This document shows positions 20,188-30,085 of a stretch of DNA of 64,000 bases, one piece after another (the stretch's first letter is position 1; each line of letters opens with the position of its first letter). The notes beneath the pieces were generated by a model. It ran no database searches, was not told where the DNA came from, and was given only the letters and a program-made list of their open reading frames with translations. The translations under genes were made by a program, and so were the position numbers. The stretch is from assembly GCA_964249715.1 (NCBI GenBank), contig CAXUDN010000002.1:14801-78800 (forward strand), written 5' to 3'. This DNA comes from an uncultured Acidobacteriaceae bacterium. Its GTDB lineage: Bacteria; Acidobacteriota; Terriglobia; Terriglobales; Acidobacteriaceae.

Positions 20188-20445
20188 ATGGAGTCAGCAC
20201 TCACCAGCAAGGGTCAGACGACCATTCCCAAGGCCGTCCGCGAGTATCTCCACCTGACCCCGGGTGATCGGGTTAAATTCTTTTTTCATCCGGACGGAAG
20301 CGTCGTTCTCCTTCCCAAGATCCCCATCACGGCACTGAAGGGACTCCTTCAACGACCCTCGGAAAAGCCCAGTTGCGTTGAGCAGAAGGATGACGCCATT
20401 GGGAACGCCGTCTCAGAGAGAGATCGGAACTCACGCCAGAGATGA
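20188..20445 (+). CDS. vapB: AbrB/MazE/SpoVT-family antitoxin (VapB-like)
   Basis: LTSKGQTTIPKAVRxxLxLxPGDRV swapped-hairpin motif; ATGA overlap with the PIN gene. Confidence 0.9.
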   Translation: MESALTSKGQTTIPKAVREYLHLTPGDRVKFFFHPDGSVVLLPKIPITALKGLLQRPSEKPSCVEQKDDAIGNAVSERDRNSRQR

Positions 20446-20916
20446 CGGGGTTGGACCCAAATGTTCTCGCACGGTACTTCCTTCAGGACGATCCGGCACA
20501 GTCTTTAAAGGCCGGCAACCTTTTGGAGCACCTCCTTACCGAGCGAGAGCCCGGGTTCGTCAGTATTGTCTTGCTGGCGGAACTGGTTTGGGTCTTGACC
20601 AGCACACACGGGCGAACAAGAGAGGAAGTCGTAAGCACCCTGGAGCACATGCTACAAGCAGAAAAACCTGATGTTGCAGAATGAGCAAGAGGTCTTCGCG
20701 GCCTGCATGAGCCTGAAGGCAGGAAGTGCTTCGTTCCCGGACGCTTTCATCGGCGAGGTGAACACCTCAGCGGGCTGCGGAACGACACTGACTTTCGACA
20801 AACGGGCTTCCATGCTGAACAAGTTCCGCCTTCTTTCAGGAGGAAGAACTCGTCGCGCTAGTTCACGAATCGCCGCATCCTTATATTCATCACAATCCCG
20901 AGCCCCAAAAAGGTAA
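20442..20916 (+). pseudogene. vapC: PIN-domain toxin (VapC-like), split by a +1 frameshift
   Basis: N half MTGLDPNVLARY...ELVWVL (20442-20684); C half NEQEV...FPDAFI...TLTFDK (20671-20916); removing one A from A5 at 20662-20666 fuses them. Confidence 0.8.
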
Positions 20917-21961
20917 ACAGCACGCTCGACCCTCCATAGCTCATCAACGGCAGCGGAATTCCCGTCACCGGCATCAAGCCGACGCACATTCCTATATTGA
21001 CCGCCACTTGGAATAGCAGAACCGCCGCGACGCCCATCACGATCAGCGTACCCGGCGGGTCGGCGGCACCCTGCGCGTTATCGATCAGCCTGACCAGGAT
21101 TAGAAAATACAACAGCAGTACCCCCAGCGCGCCGACGAACCCGTGCTCCTCGCAAAAGGCGGCGAAGATGAAATCCGTGTATGGAATGGGCAGAAAATCT
21201 CCCTGCGTCTGCGTTCCTTTGTTCGCGCCCTTGCCCCAGACCCCGCCCGACCCCACCGCAATCAGACTTTGCCGGATCTGGTACCCCGACCCTTTCGGGT
21301 CCGTATCCGGATTCACGAACGCCGTCAGGCGGGCCTTCTGATACGGCTTCAACACCTTGCCGCTTCTCCAGATGCCGCCGGCCAACAGCAGAAAAGCCAG
21401 AAGAATGACCGCCGCCTGCCGCACGCGAATGCCCCCCAGAAACAAACCGACAAGCAGCACAGGCGCATACGTCAGCGCCGTACCCAGGTCAGGCTGCGCC
21501 AGCACCAGGAGCATGGGCAGCCCGATGAGAGCGAAGGCCTTGGTCACATCCAGCCACTTCAGCGGACGCTTGTTCGCGATGAACGTCCAAAAAAACCGCG
21601 CTGAGGCCAGAATCAGCACCAGCTTCACCCACTCTGACGGTTGAAAATGAGCACCCCCGCCCAGGTTGATCCAGCGCCGCGCCCCCAGCACCTTCTGCCC
21701 CACCACCTTCACGGCAACCAGACTTCCCAGGCCGATCCCGTAAGCCCAGGGCACCACGTCCAGCAGCCTGTGGTAATCCACCGCCGCCGTGAGAAACATC
21801 AGCAGGAACCCTGCCAGCAGAAAGCCCATCTGTTTGTACTGGAATCCATGAAATTTCGTCATCGCGGTGGCCGACCGGATCTCGGTCACGCTCAAAACGC
21901 TCAACACGAGCACAAAGCTCAGTAAGGTCCAGTCAAAATCACGAAAACGCGTGCGAAACAC
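20858..21961 (-). CDS. rodA: Rod shape-determining SEDS protein RodA
   Basis: GARRWI, QPSEWVK, QPDLGT, TDFIF and GIPLPLMSYGGSS motifs; downstream of mrdA. Confidence 0.96.
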   Translation of the reverse strand: MFRTRFRDFDWTLLSFVLVLSVLSVTEIRSATAMTKFHGFQYKQMGFLLAGFLLMFLTAAVDYHRLLDVVPWAYGIGLGSLVAVKVVGQKVLGARRWINLGGGAHFQPSEWVKLVLILASARFFWTFIANKRPLKWLDVTKAFALIGLPMLLVLAQPDLGTALTYAPVLLVGLFLGGIRVRQAAVILLAFLLLAGGIWRSGKVLKPYQKARLTAFVNPDTDPKGSGYQIRQSLIAVGSGGVWGKGANKGTQTQGDFLPIPYTDFIFAAFCEEHGFVGALGVLLLYFLILVRLIDNAQGAADPPGTLIVMGVAAVLLFQVAVNIGMCVGLMPVTGIPLPLMSYGGSSVLFTFLGLGIVMNIRMRRFVN

Positions 21962-22140
21962 AGCCCCAGTGTACCCATCCTGAGAATCTCCTTGACGGAA
22001 GAGCTCCAGGCCGCGTTGCCCTCACGACCATACCCTCAGAGGTCAGCGCACGCTCCGACGCGTAGAAACCACCGGCGATTCGAACTCCAGGTCATTGGCC
22101 GGCGCCCTCGTTCGGCCGCTAATCCGGCAGTCCCGCGACT

Positions 22141-24108
22141 CTACTGCCCGCCAGCGGACGGCGTCGTCGCCGCCCGCGCAACCGCCTTCACGCTCGGCAC
22201 ATCCGCGTCCGGCGCAGCCACCGTCTTCCCATCCTGCGACGGCTTCGGCACCGGCGTCGTCTCCGCCAAGCGCATTACGTTCCCCGCCCGCGACCGCTGC
22301 TTGTTCACATACGCCGCAATCACCTGCGCCGCCAACTTCGCCGAATTATTTCCCCAATTCCCGTGCTCCCACAACACCGCCACGGCGATGTCCGGGTTCC
22401 GCCGCGGCGCCATCCCCACAAACCACGCATTCGGCTCGGTATTGTGGCCCTTCCCGGTCTTCGACAGCGCCGTGTGACTCATGACCTGTGCCGTTCCGGT
22501 CTTCCCCGCAAAATCCACACCCTCCAGCCGCGCCGCATACGCCGTCCCAATCGGACTCGACGTCACATTCGCCATCGCATCCGTAATCAGCTCCCAATTC
22601 TCCGGGGACAGTGGGATCCGCTTATCTCCCGACCCGGGATAGCTCTCCTTCACCGCTTCCAGCTCCGCCGGCGAAATCTCCTGCGGAAAAACCACATGCG
22701 GCCGCCGCAGGACGCCCCCTGAGGCAATCCCGCTCAGCGCTCGAACCAGCTGCAACGGCGTTACCTGGATCGCCCCCTGGCCGATGCCCACCGAGATCGT
22801 CTCGCCCGCATACCATTTATCGTGCTGCGTCTTCAGCTTCCACTCCGTACTCGGCATGATGCCCGCGGCCTCGTCCGGCAGGTCCACCCCCGTCTTTACC
22901 CCGATGCCGACCTCGTTGCCGTAGCGCGCGATCGTGTCGATTCCCAGCCGGTTCGCCAGCGTGTAATAGAACGTGTCGCAGGAGTACGGAATGGCCGTGT
23001 GGATATCGACGCCGCCATGGTGCCGGTCACAGGCAAAAAAGTGACCGTAGAAACTCGCGCCGCCATTGCACTGCACATGCATGGTCTGCGCCACATCCTG
23101 CTGCAGCCCCGCCAATGACATGATGATTTTGAACGTCGACCCCGGCGCAAGCTGCGCCTGAATGGCCTTGTTCAGCAGCGGATGATCCGGGTTATCCAGG
23201 ATGGTCTGCCAGTACGCCTTCGTCAGCCGCACCGAAAACTCATTCGGGTCGAAGGTAGGCCGCGACACCATCGCCAGAATTTCGCCGGTATGCGGGTCCA
23301 GCGCCACCATCGCGCCGATCTTGCCCTCCATCGCCCCCTCCGCTGCCCGCTGGATGTCGAGATCCACGGTCAGCCGCAGGTCCTGACCGGGCTTCGCATA
23401 CTCCTCGCCCATCACGCCGACCTCGCGCCCGTGCGAGTTCACAATCATGTCCCGCGACCCATCCTGTCCGCGCAGAATCTCGTCGTAGGCCTCTTCCACC
23501 CCACTCTTGCCGACCACATCGCCCGGCTCATAGAACGCGAATTTCGAATTATTCAGGTCCGCCTCGGAGACCTCCCCCACATATCCGATCATGTGCGCCG
23601 CAAAGCCGTCCCGTGGGTATAAGCGCCGCTGCTCATCCAGCGTATCGAGCTCCGGCAACTCGTCCCGGTGCGCCGCCAGGAACGCCTGCTCGTCCGGCGT
23701 AATGTCCTGCTTCAACGGAATAGGTTGATACTTCGGCGCAAACTCGAAGTGCTTGAGAATGGACCGGATCCCATCCGGCTCCATGTGCAGCCCCTGCGCA
23801 ATCAGCGGCAGATCCTGCTCCACCGCGCTCATCTGCTCGCGCAGCAGATAGCAGGTCACCGACGGGTAATTGTCCACAATCACCCGGCCCTCGCGATCCA
23901 GAATGCGCCCCCGCGCCGCCAGTACCGGCACCTTGCGCACGCGGTTCTGCTCCGCGAGCACCCGGTACTCCGCCGCGCCGAGCACCTGCAGCCGCCAAAG
24001 TCCAATGCCCAGCACCAGCAGAACCAGCGCCACGGCATACTGCAGAGCCGCCAGCTTCCCCGCCGAGACTTTCTCTTTTCGCCCTAAACCTGTCGCTTCC
24101 GGGGACAT
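22141..24108 (-). CDS. mrdA: Penicillin-binding protein 2
   Basis: RGRILDR dimerisation domain; STFK, SCD and KTGT transpeptidase motifs. Confidence 0.95.
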   Translation of the reverse strand: MSPEATGLGRKEKVSAGKLAALQYAVALVLLVLGIGLWRLQVLGAAEYRVLAEQNRVRKVPVLAARGRILDREGRVIVDNYPSVTCYLLREQMSAVEQDLPLIAQGLHMEPDGIRSILKHFEFAPKYQPIPLKQDITPDEQAFLAAHRDELPELDTLDEQRRLYPRDGFAAHMIGYVGEVSEADLNNSKFAFYEPGDVVGKSGVEEAYDEILRGQDGSRDMIVNSHGREVGVMGEEYAKPGQDLRLTVDLDIQRAAEGAMEGKIGAMVALDPHTGEILAMVSRPTFDPNEFSVRLTKAYWQTILDNPDHPLLNKAIQAQLAPGSTFKIIMSLAGLQQDVAQTMHVQCNGGASFYGHFFACDRHHGGVDIHTAIPYSCDTFYYTLANRLGIDTIARYGNEVGIGVKTGVDLPDEAAGIMPSTEWKLKTQHDKWYAGETISVGIGQGAIQVTPLQLVRALSGIASGGVLRRPHVVFPQEISPAELEAVKESYPGSGDKRIPLSPENWELITDAMANVTSSPIGTAYAARLEGVDFAGKTGTAQVMSHTALSKTGKGHNTEPNAWFVGMAPRRNPDIAVAVLWEHGNWGNNSAKLAAQVIAAYVNKQRSRAGNVMRLAETTPVPKPSQDGKTVAAPDADVPSVKAVARAATTPSAGGQ

Positions 24109-24225
24109 AGGTACCGAACTTCAGTCTACCTCCGGAAACTCCGAGGTCTCTATTCGACGTATTCGGCCAGCCAACGGAATCGTGAGATGCTGGCAACACA
24201 GGCACAAGGCAGGGCAGGAGACCCC

Positions 24226-25374
24226 ATGAAACTCTGGCGCATCGCCGCAGCACTCTGCTGCGCACTCTCCATCGGCAGCACGCAGGCGCAGGCACCTGAA
24301 CCAACGCCACCCGCCTCCACCCGGCACGAGTTCATTCTGCATCACTTCAAGACCGAGAGCGGCGCCGTTCTCCCCGAAGCCAAAGTCGTCTACGGCACCT
24401 ATGGCACCCTGGACGCCGCCAAAGACAACGTTGTCCTGCTGCCGTCGCATTACATGGCCAAGTACCGCGGCTACGAGTGGCTCATCGGCTCGCCCACTGG
24501 CGCCGAGCCGAAATCCCTCGATCCTACGAAGCTTTTTCTCGTCTGCACCGAGGAGTTCGGCAACGGCAGTTCCTCCTCTCCCAGCAACACGCCCGAACCT
24601 TTTCACGGCCCACGCTTCCCCGTCATGACCATCCGCGACAACGTGGAAGCGGTTCACCGGCTGCTCACCGAAGAGCTCGGCGTGAAGCACATCCGCGCCG
24701 TAGTCGGCTTCAGCATGGGCGCCCAGCAGGCCTTCCAGTGGGCCGTGAGCTATCCGGACTTTATGGACCGCATCGTCGCGACCAGCGGCACCGCCCGCAC
24801 CTACCCGCACGGCATCGCGCGGAACGAAAGCGAGATCGCCGCTATCGCCGCGGATGAAGACTTCAAGGCCGGCGACTACACCACCGAACCCAAACGCGGC
24901 ATCTCCGCCTTCGGCATGGTCTGGGGCGCCTGGCTCTACTCGCAGGAGTGGTGGCGCGACGAGCTATGGAAGACTGAAGACCCCAACGCCACACTCGATA
25001 AAGTGCTAGCCCAGTTCCGCGACAACTTCATCCCGGACGCCGACGCCAACAACCTCATCCTGCAGCTTCGCACCTGGGAAAAACACGACGTAGGCACCAC
25101 CCCAGGCTTCAACGGCGACACAAAGAAGGCGCTCGCCTCCATCAAGGTCCCGGTCCTTTACATGCCTTCCGCCACCGACCTCTACTTTCCCGTCGGCGAC
25201 GCCCGCTACGAATCCCAATACATCCCGAAGGTCACCCTGAAGCCCATACCTTCGCTATGGGGCCATCCCGCGGGCGCCGGCGCAGGCCCGGGCGACTTGA
25301 AGTTTCTGAACGACAACATCGGCGCATTCCTGCGCGGCGAGCCGGTTCAAGGTGAAGCGGTAGGCCAGCATTAG
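24226..25374 (+). CDS. Alpha/beta hydrolase, homoserine-O-acetyltransferase-like, with signal peptide
   Basis: AGGAG SD, AQA signal cleavage site, YGTYGTL, GFSMG nucleophile elbow, DANN, DLYFP and WGH motifs. Confidence 0.85.
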   Translation: MKLWRIAAALCCALSIGSTQAQAPEPTPPASTRHEFILHHFKTESGAVLPEAKVVYGTYGTLDAAKDNVVLLPSHYMAKYRGYEWLIGSPTGAEPKSLDPTKLFLVCTEEFGNGSSSSPSNTPEPFHGPRFPVMTIRDNVEAVHRLLTEELGVKHIRAVVGFSMGAQQAFQWAVSYPDFMDRIVATSGTARTYPHGIARNESEIAAIAADEDFKAGDYTTEPKRGISAFGMVWGAWLYSQEWWRDELWKTEDPNATLDKVLAQFRDNFIPDADANNLILQLRTWEKHDVGTTPGFNGDTKKALASIKVPVLYMPSATDLYFPVGDARYESQYIPKVTLKPIPSLWGHPAGAGAGPGDLKFLNDNIGAFLRGEPVQGEAVGQH

Positions 25375-25382
25375 CGGAGCTT

Positions 25383-27047
25383 CTAGGGTGTCGGCGAGCC
25401 TGCAGCCGGAGCAGTCGAGGCGGCCTGCGGCGGATGCAACAAATCCACGTCCGCCGAGCCCATCCGGCCGTTTGCATTGTTGCGCACCACAAACCTTGCC
25501 CGCACCGCTTTAGGGTTCGACGCGAGGATATAGTCAATGGCCACAGCCCGGTCCAGATGCCCCGTCGCAGGTACGGTGGTGGGCGCGGACACATTGATCA
25601 CCATCGTTTTTAACTCCAGCGGCTTATCCTTTTTATCGAACGTCGTCACGGAAAGGACCAACCTGGCCTGCCGTGGCGCCGTGTCCGTCGCATACGTCCA
25701 GGTGACCCCGTTTGCGTCCACATGGACGACGTATTTTCCAGGTATTTGCGTCGACTCCGCCACCGAAATGGGCACCGCATCGTAGACCATCCTGCTGGTC
25801 TCCGCGCCGGCCATCTCCAGTTCCATGCGCTTGTTCATCTGGCCGTCAGCCGTCAGCCGAGCCGGGGCACGCGAATCAAAGTAGCCCTGCCGTGTGACCA
25901 CTTTCAAATCTGGCTGCCCGACCACTGACACGCTGATCTTGCGAAAATGCGTGATGTCCCGCTGTGAATCCGTAGGCCGATAGGTCAGCGTATAGAAACT
26001 CGCTCCATCACGAATCGAAGTGCCAATCTCCGCGTCGACATCGTTGCGCCCGTAAAGATTACGGCCCCCGGTCGCGGTCGCTATCTTCTGAAAATTCGGC
26101 TCACCCCCAAACGGATCGTAAATGGCAGCCTCGGAGCCATACCTCCCCGGATCCACCATCAACCCTGCCGGGTCGATCGTGTACAGCGTCACGCGCGCAT
26201 CCCGCAGTTCGTTCACAGTCTGCTGCATCGCGTTGTGCACCCGGTCCTGGTCCACGGACGCGAACCGGACCCAGTTCACATTCGGGAAGCCACGGCCGAT
26301 CCAGATCATGTTCTTATGCCCAACATGGCCGGCAGACGCCTCCGCCACGCGGCGCAGCGTGAAGAACGCCGTCGACATCCGCTCCGACACCCAGGCGTAG
26401 TTGTGCGCCTGCCAGGGATAGGCCACGAAATGATGATCGAGCGCGGAAAGGATCTCGGCTTTGTTCTGCGTGTAATCGTGCAGAACCTCGAATTTCTCCA
26501 GGCTCACCGACACCAGCATGGTCGGCGTATCCAGCTTGTCCGGCTGCGACTTCAGCCATCTCTGCAGCGAATAGCGCGCAAACGCCATATCTTCAAACAG
26601 CGTGTTGAACTCATCCAGGCAAATGATGTTCACCGGCGCGCGCGGCGCCAGGCGATCCAGATCGGCCGTGGAATCGATCGTGAGATCGGGCGTAGGCGTG
26701 TAACGTCCCGGAGGCGTAAAGTTCAACATCGTCTGGTCCGCCCCATCCTCCTGAATGTGAAACTGATCCCTACTCAGGTTCGTGATGGCATTACCCTTTT
26801 TATCGACCACGACGGCATCCAGAACGACAAGACGGGCGTTCGTGCGAATCGTATTGGTCGCGGTAGGAGGCGCCGCAGCCTGGCCGTTGGGCGCGGTAGG
26901 TGACGTGCCCTGCATTTGGATGGCAGGAGACGGGGTTGCCGCGGGCTGTTGGGTGCTGGGAAGAGCAACCGGGGCGTCCGGCTGCTGCGCGCAAAGGACG
27001 GGAAGAATGCTTGCGAGAACCACACCAAGGGCAGACCGCACGTTCAT
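25383..27047 (-). CDS. Secreted VWA-domain protein (acidobacterial VWFA-related family)
   Basis: GGAGG SD, signal peptide, ARLVVLDAVVVDKKG, KNMIWIGRGFP, ATGG and YTLTYRP motifs. Confidence 0.85.
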   Translation of the reverse strand: MNVRSALGVVLASILPVLCAQQPDAPVALPSTQQPAATPSPAIQMQGTSPTAPNGQAAAPPTATNTIRTNARLVVLDAVVVDKKGNAITNLSRDQFHIQEDGADQTMLNFTPPGRYTPTPDLTIDSTADLDRLAPRAPVNIICLDEFNTLFEDMAFARYSLQRWLKSQPDKLDTPTMLVSVSLEKFEVLHDYTQNKAEILSALDHHFVAYPWQAHNYAWVSERMSTAFFTLRRVAEASAGHVGHKNMIWIGRGFPNVNWVRFASVDQDRVHNAMQQTVNELRDARVTLYTIDPAGLMVDPGRYGSEAAIYDPFGGEPNFQKIATATGGRNLYGRNDVDAEIGTSIRDGASFYTLTYRPTDSQRDITHFRKISVSVVGQPDLKVVTRQGYFDSRAPARLTADGQMNKRMELEMAGAETSRMVYDAVPISVAESTQIPGKYVVHVDANGVTWTYATDTAPRQARLVLSVTTFDKKDKPLELKTMVINVSAPTTVPATGHLDRAVAIDYILASNPKAVRARFVVRNNANGRMGSADVDLLHPPQAASTAPAAGSPTP

Positions 27048-27269
27048 GGACACCTCCACCAGGACCCGCATTCGGAACCCTCTACAGGCCCGGACGATAG
27101 GACGAAGCCAATCGCTGGAAAGTTGAGCCGCTGCACAAATTTTCATCCTTGCGGATAGGGCGGCAGAGACACCCTTAGCACCCTGATCCCAGCCCAAACA
27201 GCAGGGTAATGCCCCACTCGTGGGCTACGCGGGCGAAGAAACGGCGACTATGATGGGGTAGCCACCTGG

Positions 27270-29435
27270 ATGTCGCCCCTGACCCAACTCGTCGAGCGCA
27301 AGTCCCCGCTCAGCGAAGCGCGAGAGGCCAAGCTACCCAGCCTGCAGGATTTCTTCACTGCTGGCGGCCTTCTGGCTCAGTCCGCGCTGCCTTTTGAACA
27401 CCGCCCCGGCCAGGTCACCATGGCCAAAGCCATAGAACAGGCATTCAAGGACCGCCGCCACCTGATCGTCGAAGCCGGCACCGGCACGGGCAAAACTCTG
27501 GCTTACCTTCTGCCAGCCCTGCGCTTCGCCCGTGAGCACAAGCAGCGTGTCATCATCTCCACCGGCACCAAAAACCTGCAAGAGCAGCTCGCGCTCAAAG
27601 ACATCCCGTTCCTGGAATCGATCCTCGGCCCGTTGCGCGTTTGCGTCATGAAAGGCCGCGCCAATTACCTTTGCAAGCAGAAGCTCTACGCCCTGCGCGA
27701 CAACCCTGTCCTCTCCGGCCTCGACGACATCCAGCAGTTTCACGCCATCCTGCAGTGGGAACGGCGCACCGAAACCGGCGACCGCGCCGAGATCGACGAA
27801 CTCCCGGAGACCTCCCTCCTCTGGCCCAAGCTGGATGCTCGCACCGAGGTATGCCTCGGGCAGACCTGCCCCAATGCGGAGACCTGCTTCATCACGGCCA
27901 TGCGGCGTAAGGCGATGGAAAGCGAACTCATCATCGTCAACCATCACCTCTTCTTCGCTGACCTGAATATCAAACAGCAGGCCGGCGACGCCCCCGATGC
28001 AGGCATACTCCCCGAAGCCGCCGCCGTCATCTTCGACGAAGCCCATGAACTCGAAGACGTCGCCAGCCAGTACTTTGGCGTAGCGCTGTCCAACGCGCGC
28101 TTTGACGAACTCGCCCGCGACACCGAGAACATGCTGAAGGCAAAGGGCGCGAGCTCCTCCGCCATCGAGTCCGCCACCGCCCAGGTTCGCGACCGCTCCA
28201 AAATGTTCTTCGGCTCCCTGCCCGTCGGCCCTTCCCACCTCGGCCGCCTGGAGTTCACCGGCCGGGCCGACTTTCTGGAGGCCCGCGGCGACGCCTATCT
28301 CGGCACCTCGAACGCCCTTACGCGCCTGGAAGGCGAACTCGACCGCCTGAAGGAAGTGGACGAAGCTCCCGGCCTGCGCAAACGCGCTGCCGACATTCGC
28401 AATCATCTGAAATTTCTCCTCGAATCGACCGACAAGAACACCGTTTTCTGGATCGAGCGGCGCCCCACAGGCGGCCTTCGCAATGCGGCACGCAACCAGC
28501 CCCGCGCTACATCGCTCACCGCAGAGCTGTCATCTCGACCGGAGCGGACATCTGTCAGCGCAGTGGAGAGACCTGCGGGTTTGGCTGCCGCCGAATCCGG
28601 GCCAAACTACCAGAATTTCTCCACCCATCTGCAAGCCACGCCGATCGACGTCTCCGAACTGCTTTCCGACACCCTCTTTCAGCGTTTCGGCAGCGTCATC
28701 TTAACGTCGGCAACCCTGACCGTAGCTGCCAAGGACGGCGCACCCGGGTTCGAACATCTCCGCAAGCGCCTGGGCGTGCCTCTCCCCAAAGAGCTGGTGG
28801 TGCCAAGCCACTTCGACTATCCCAGGCAAGCGCTCCTGTATCTGCCGCCCACAATGCCCGACCCGCGCGATCCGGCATTCGTCCGCCAGGCCGCTGAAAA
28901 AATCCGGCGCATTCTGGAGATCACGCAAGGCCGCGCCTTCTGCCTTTTCACCAGCTACGCACAAATGCGCGATCTGCACGACTGCCTGCTCTGCGAAATT
29001 CCTTACCCGCTCCTCCTGCAAGGCACGGCGCCGCGCCACGTGCTGCTTGAGCAGTTCCGCTCTACGCCCAATGCCGTTCTCTTCGGCACAGGCTCCTTCT
29101 GGCAAGGCATCGACGTCCAAGGCGAGCAGCTAAGCTGTGTGATCATTGACCGGCTTCCCTTCGCCGTCCCCACCGATCCCATCACCAAAGCCCGCACGGA
29201 GGCCATCGCCGCAGCCGGCGGCAATGCGTTTAACGACCTTCAAATTCCGCAGGCCGTCTTAACGCTGAAACAGGGCTTCGGTCGCCTGATCCGGTCGCTG
29301 CACGATCGCGGCGTTCTGATGCTCCTGGACCCCCGCATCCGCACGACGCGGTACGGCGCGATCTTCCTGGACTCCCTGCCACCTTACCGTCGCACAACCG
29401 ACATTGCCGACGTGGAACGCTTCTTCGAGAGCTGA
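27270..29435 (+). CDS. DinG/YoaA-family ATP-dependent DNA helicase
   Basis: RPGQ, EAGTGTGKT, Fe-S cysteines, DEAH, SAT and QGFGRLIR motifs. Confidence 0.93.
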   Translation: MSPLTQLVERKSPLSEAREAKLPSLQDFFTAGGLLAQSALPFEHRPGQVTMAKAIEQAFKDRRHLIVEAGTGTGKTLAYLLPALRFAREHKQRVIISTGTKNLQEQLALKDIPFLESILGPLRVCVMKGRANYLCKQKLYALRDNPVLSGLDDIQQFHAILQWERRTETGDRAEIDELPETSLLWPKLDARTEVCLGQTCPNAETCFITAMRRKAMESELIIVNHHLFFADLNIKQQAGDAPDAGILPEAAAVIFDEAHELEDVASQYFGVALSNARFDELARDTENMLKAKGASSSAIESATAQVRDRSKMFFGSLPVGPSHLGRLEFTGRADFLEARGDAYLGTSNALTRLEGELDRLKEVDEAPGLRKRAADIRNHLKFLLESTDKNTVFWIERRPTGGLRNAARNQPRATSLTAELSSRPERTSVSAVERPAGLAAAESGPNYQNFSTHLQATPIDVSELLSDTLFQRFGSVILTSATLTVAAKDGAPGFEHLRKRLGVPLPKELVVPSHFDYPRQALLYLPPTMPDPRDPAFVRQAAEKIRRILEITQGRAFCLFTSYAQMRDLHDCLLCEIPYPLLLQGTAPRHVLLEQFRSTPNAVLFGTGSFWQGIDVQGEQLSCVIIDRLPFAVPTDPITKARTEAIAAAGGNAFNDLQIPQAVLTLKQGFGRLIRSLHDRGVLMLLDPRIRTTRYGAIFLDSLPPYRRTTDIADVERFFES
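28527..28580 (+). repeat. REP/RPE-like palindromic element embedded in frame in the helicase
   Basis: CTGTCATCTCGACCGGAGCG...GCGCAGTGGAGAGACCTGC; resembles GTCATC-headed palindromic repeats (recalled, not searched); lies inside a non-conserved-looking insertion. Confidence 0.55.
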
Positions 29436-29508
29436 CCGCAGGATCGCGCCTGTTTTAAAGTGCATCCCCCGTGACCCATTCTTCGTCTCAAGCTCCCAGG
29501 ACAGGATC

Positions 29509-29694
29509 ATGTACGCTGCCAACTTCCAATGCGCCGGCTGTTTTGAGTGGGTCGAAACGACCGTCGACGAATCCGGCGGCTCCCGGCAGGAGTACGTGGA
29601 AGACTGCCAGGTCTGCTGCAAACCAAACGTCCTTACCATCCGCTGGGACCCCTCAGAGGGGGAATACACCATTACAGCGGAGTTGGAAAGCTGA
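29509..29694 (+). CDS. CPXCG-motif cysteine-rich small protein
   Basis: CAGC...QEYVEDCQVCCKP pattern; 61 aa. Confidence 0.88.
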   Translation: MYAANFQCAGCFEWVETTVDESGGSRQEYVEDCQVCCKPNVLTIRWDPSEGEYTITAELES

Positions 29695-29768
29695 AACGGA
29701 AGCGACGGCGTACTTCATCGCACGAACCTGGCACGCAAGCCAACCGCTTATGCTGGTAGAGACAGCCA

Positions 29769-30026
29769 ATGGGACGGAACCTCTACATTCTCGCAGGGAC
29801 CTTGGGAACGCTCGCGATCGTGTCTGTGATCGTCAGCTTCACCAATATCGCCGGGCAGCCCGGATCCCCAGGCGATATGCTTCTTTGGCGCACCACGGGC
29901 ATTGCCCTGCTCGCGATAGCGTTGATTATCGGTCTGGCGGGCATCCTGTCCACGTTATTCGGACAGGCAGAACGCCGGGCCGAAGATGAGCGCCGGGCGC
30001 GCCGCAGCCGCCGCCCCGAGGCATGA
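29769..30026 (+). CDS. Small two-TM hypothetical protein
   Basis: Two hydrophobic helices and an Arg-rich tail; same strand as neighbours. Confidence 0.7.
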   Translation: MGRNLYILAGTLGTLAIVSVIVSFTNIAGQPGSPGDMLLWRTTGIALLAIALIIGLAGILSTLFGQAERRAEDERRARRSRRPEA

Positions 30027-30085
30027 GCGCACAGCGATAAAATAGCTGTTGGCGCAGATGGGCGCCCCTTGGAGCACCAGGCGTC

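Noticed and set aside
30069-30078. TTGGAGCACC match to the tRNA-Cys 3' end as a possible att site
   Set aside because: Only 10 nt, coincides with the queD Shine-Dalgarno, and no integrase is present.
30027-30085. preQ1 riboswitch upstream of queD
   Set aside because: Only a 5-bp hairpin around GATAAAATA; lacks the preQ1 stem-loop plus A-rich tail; more likely a -10 element.
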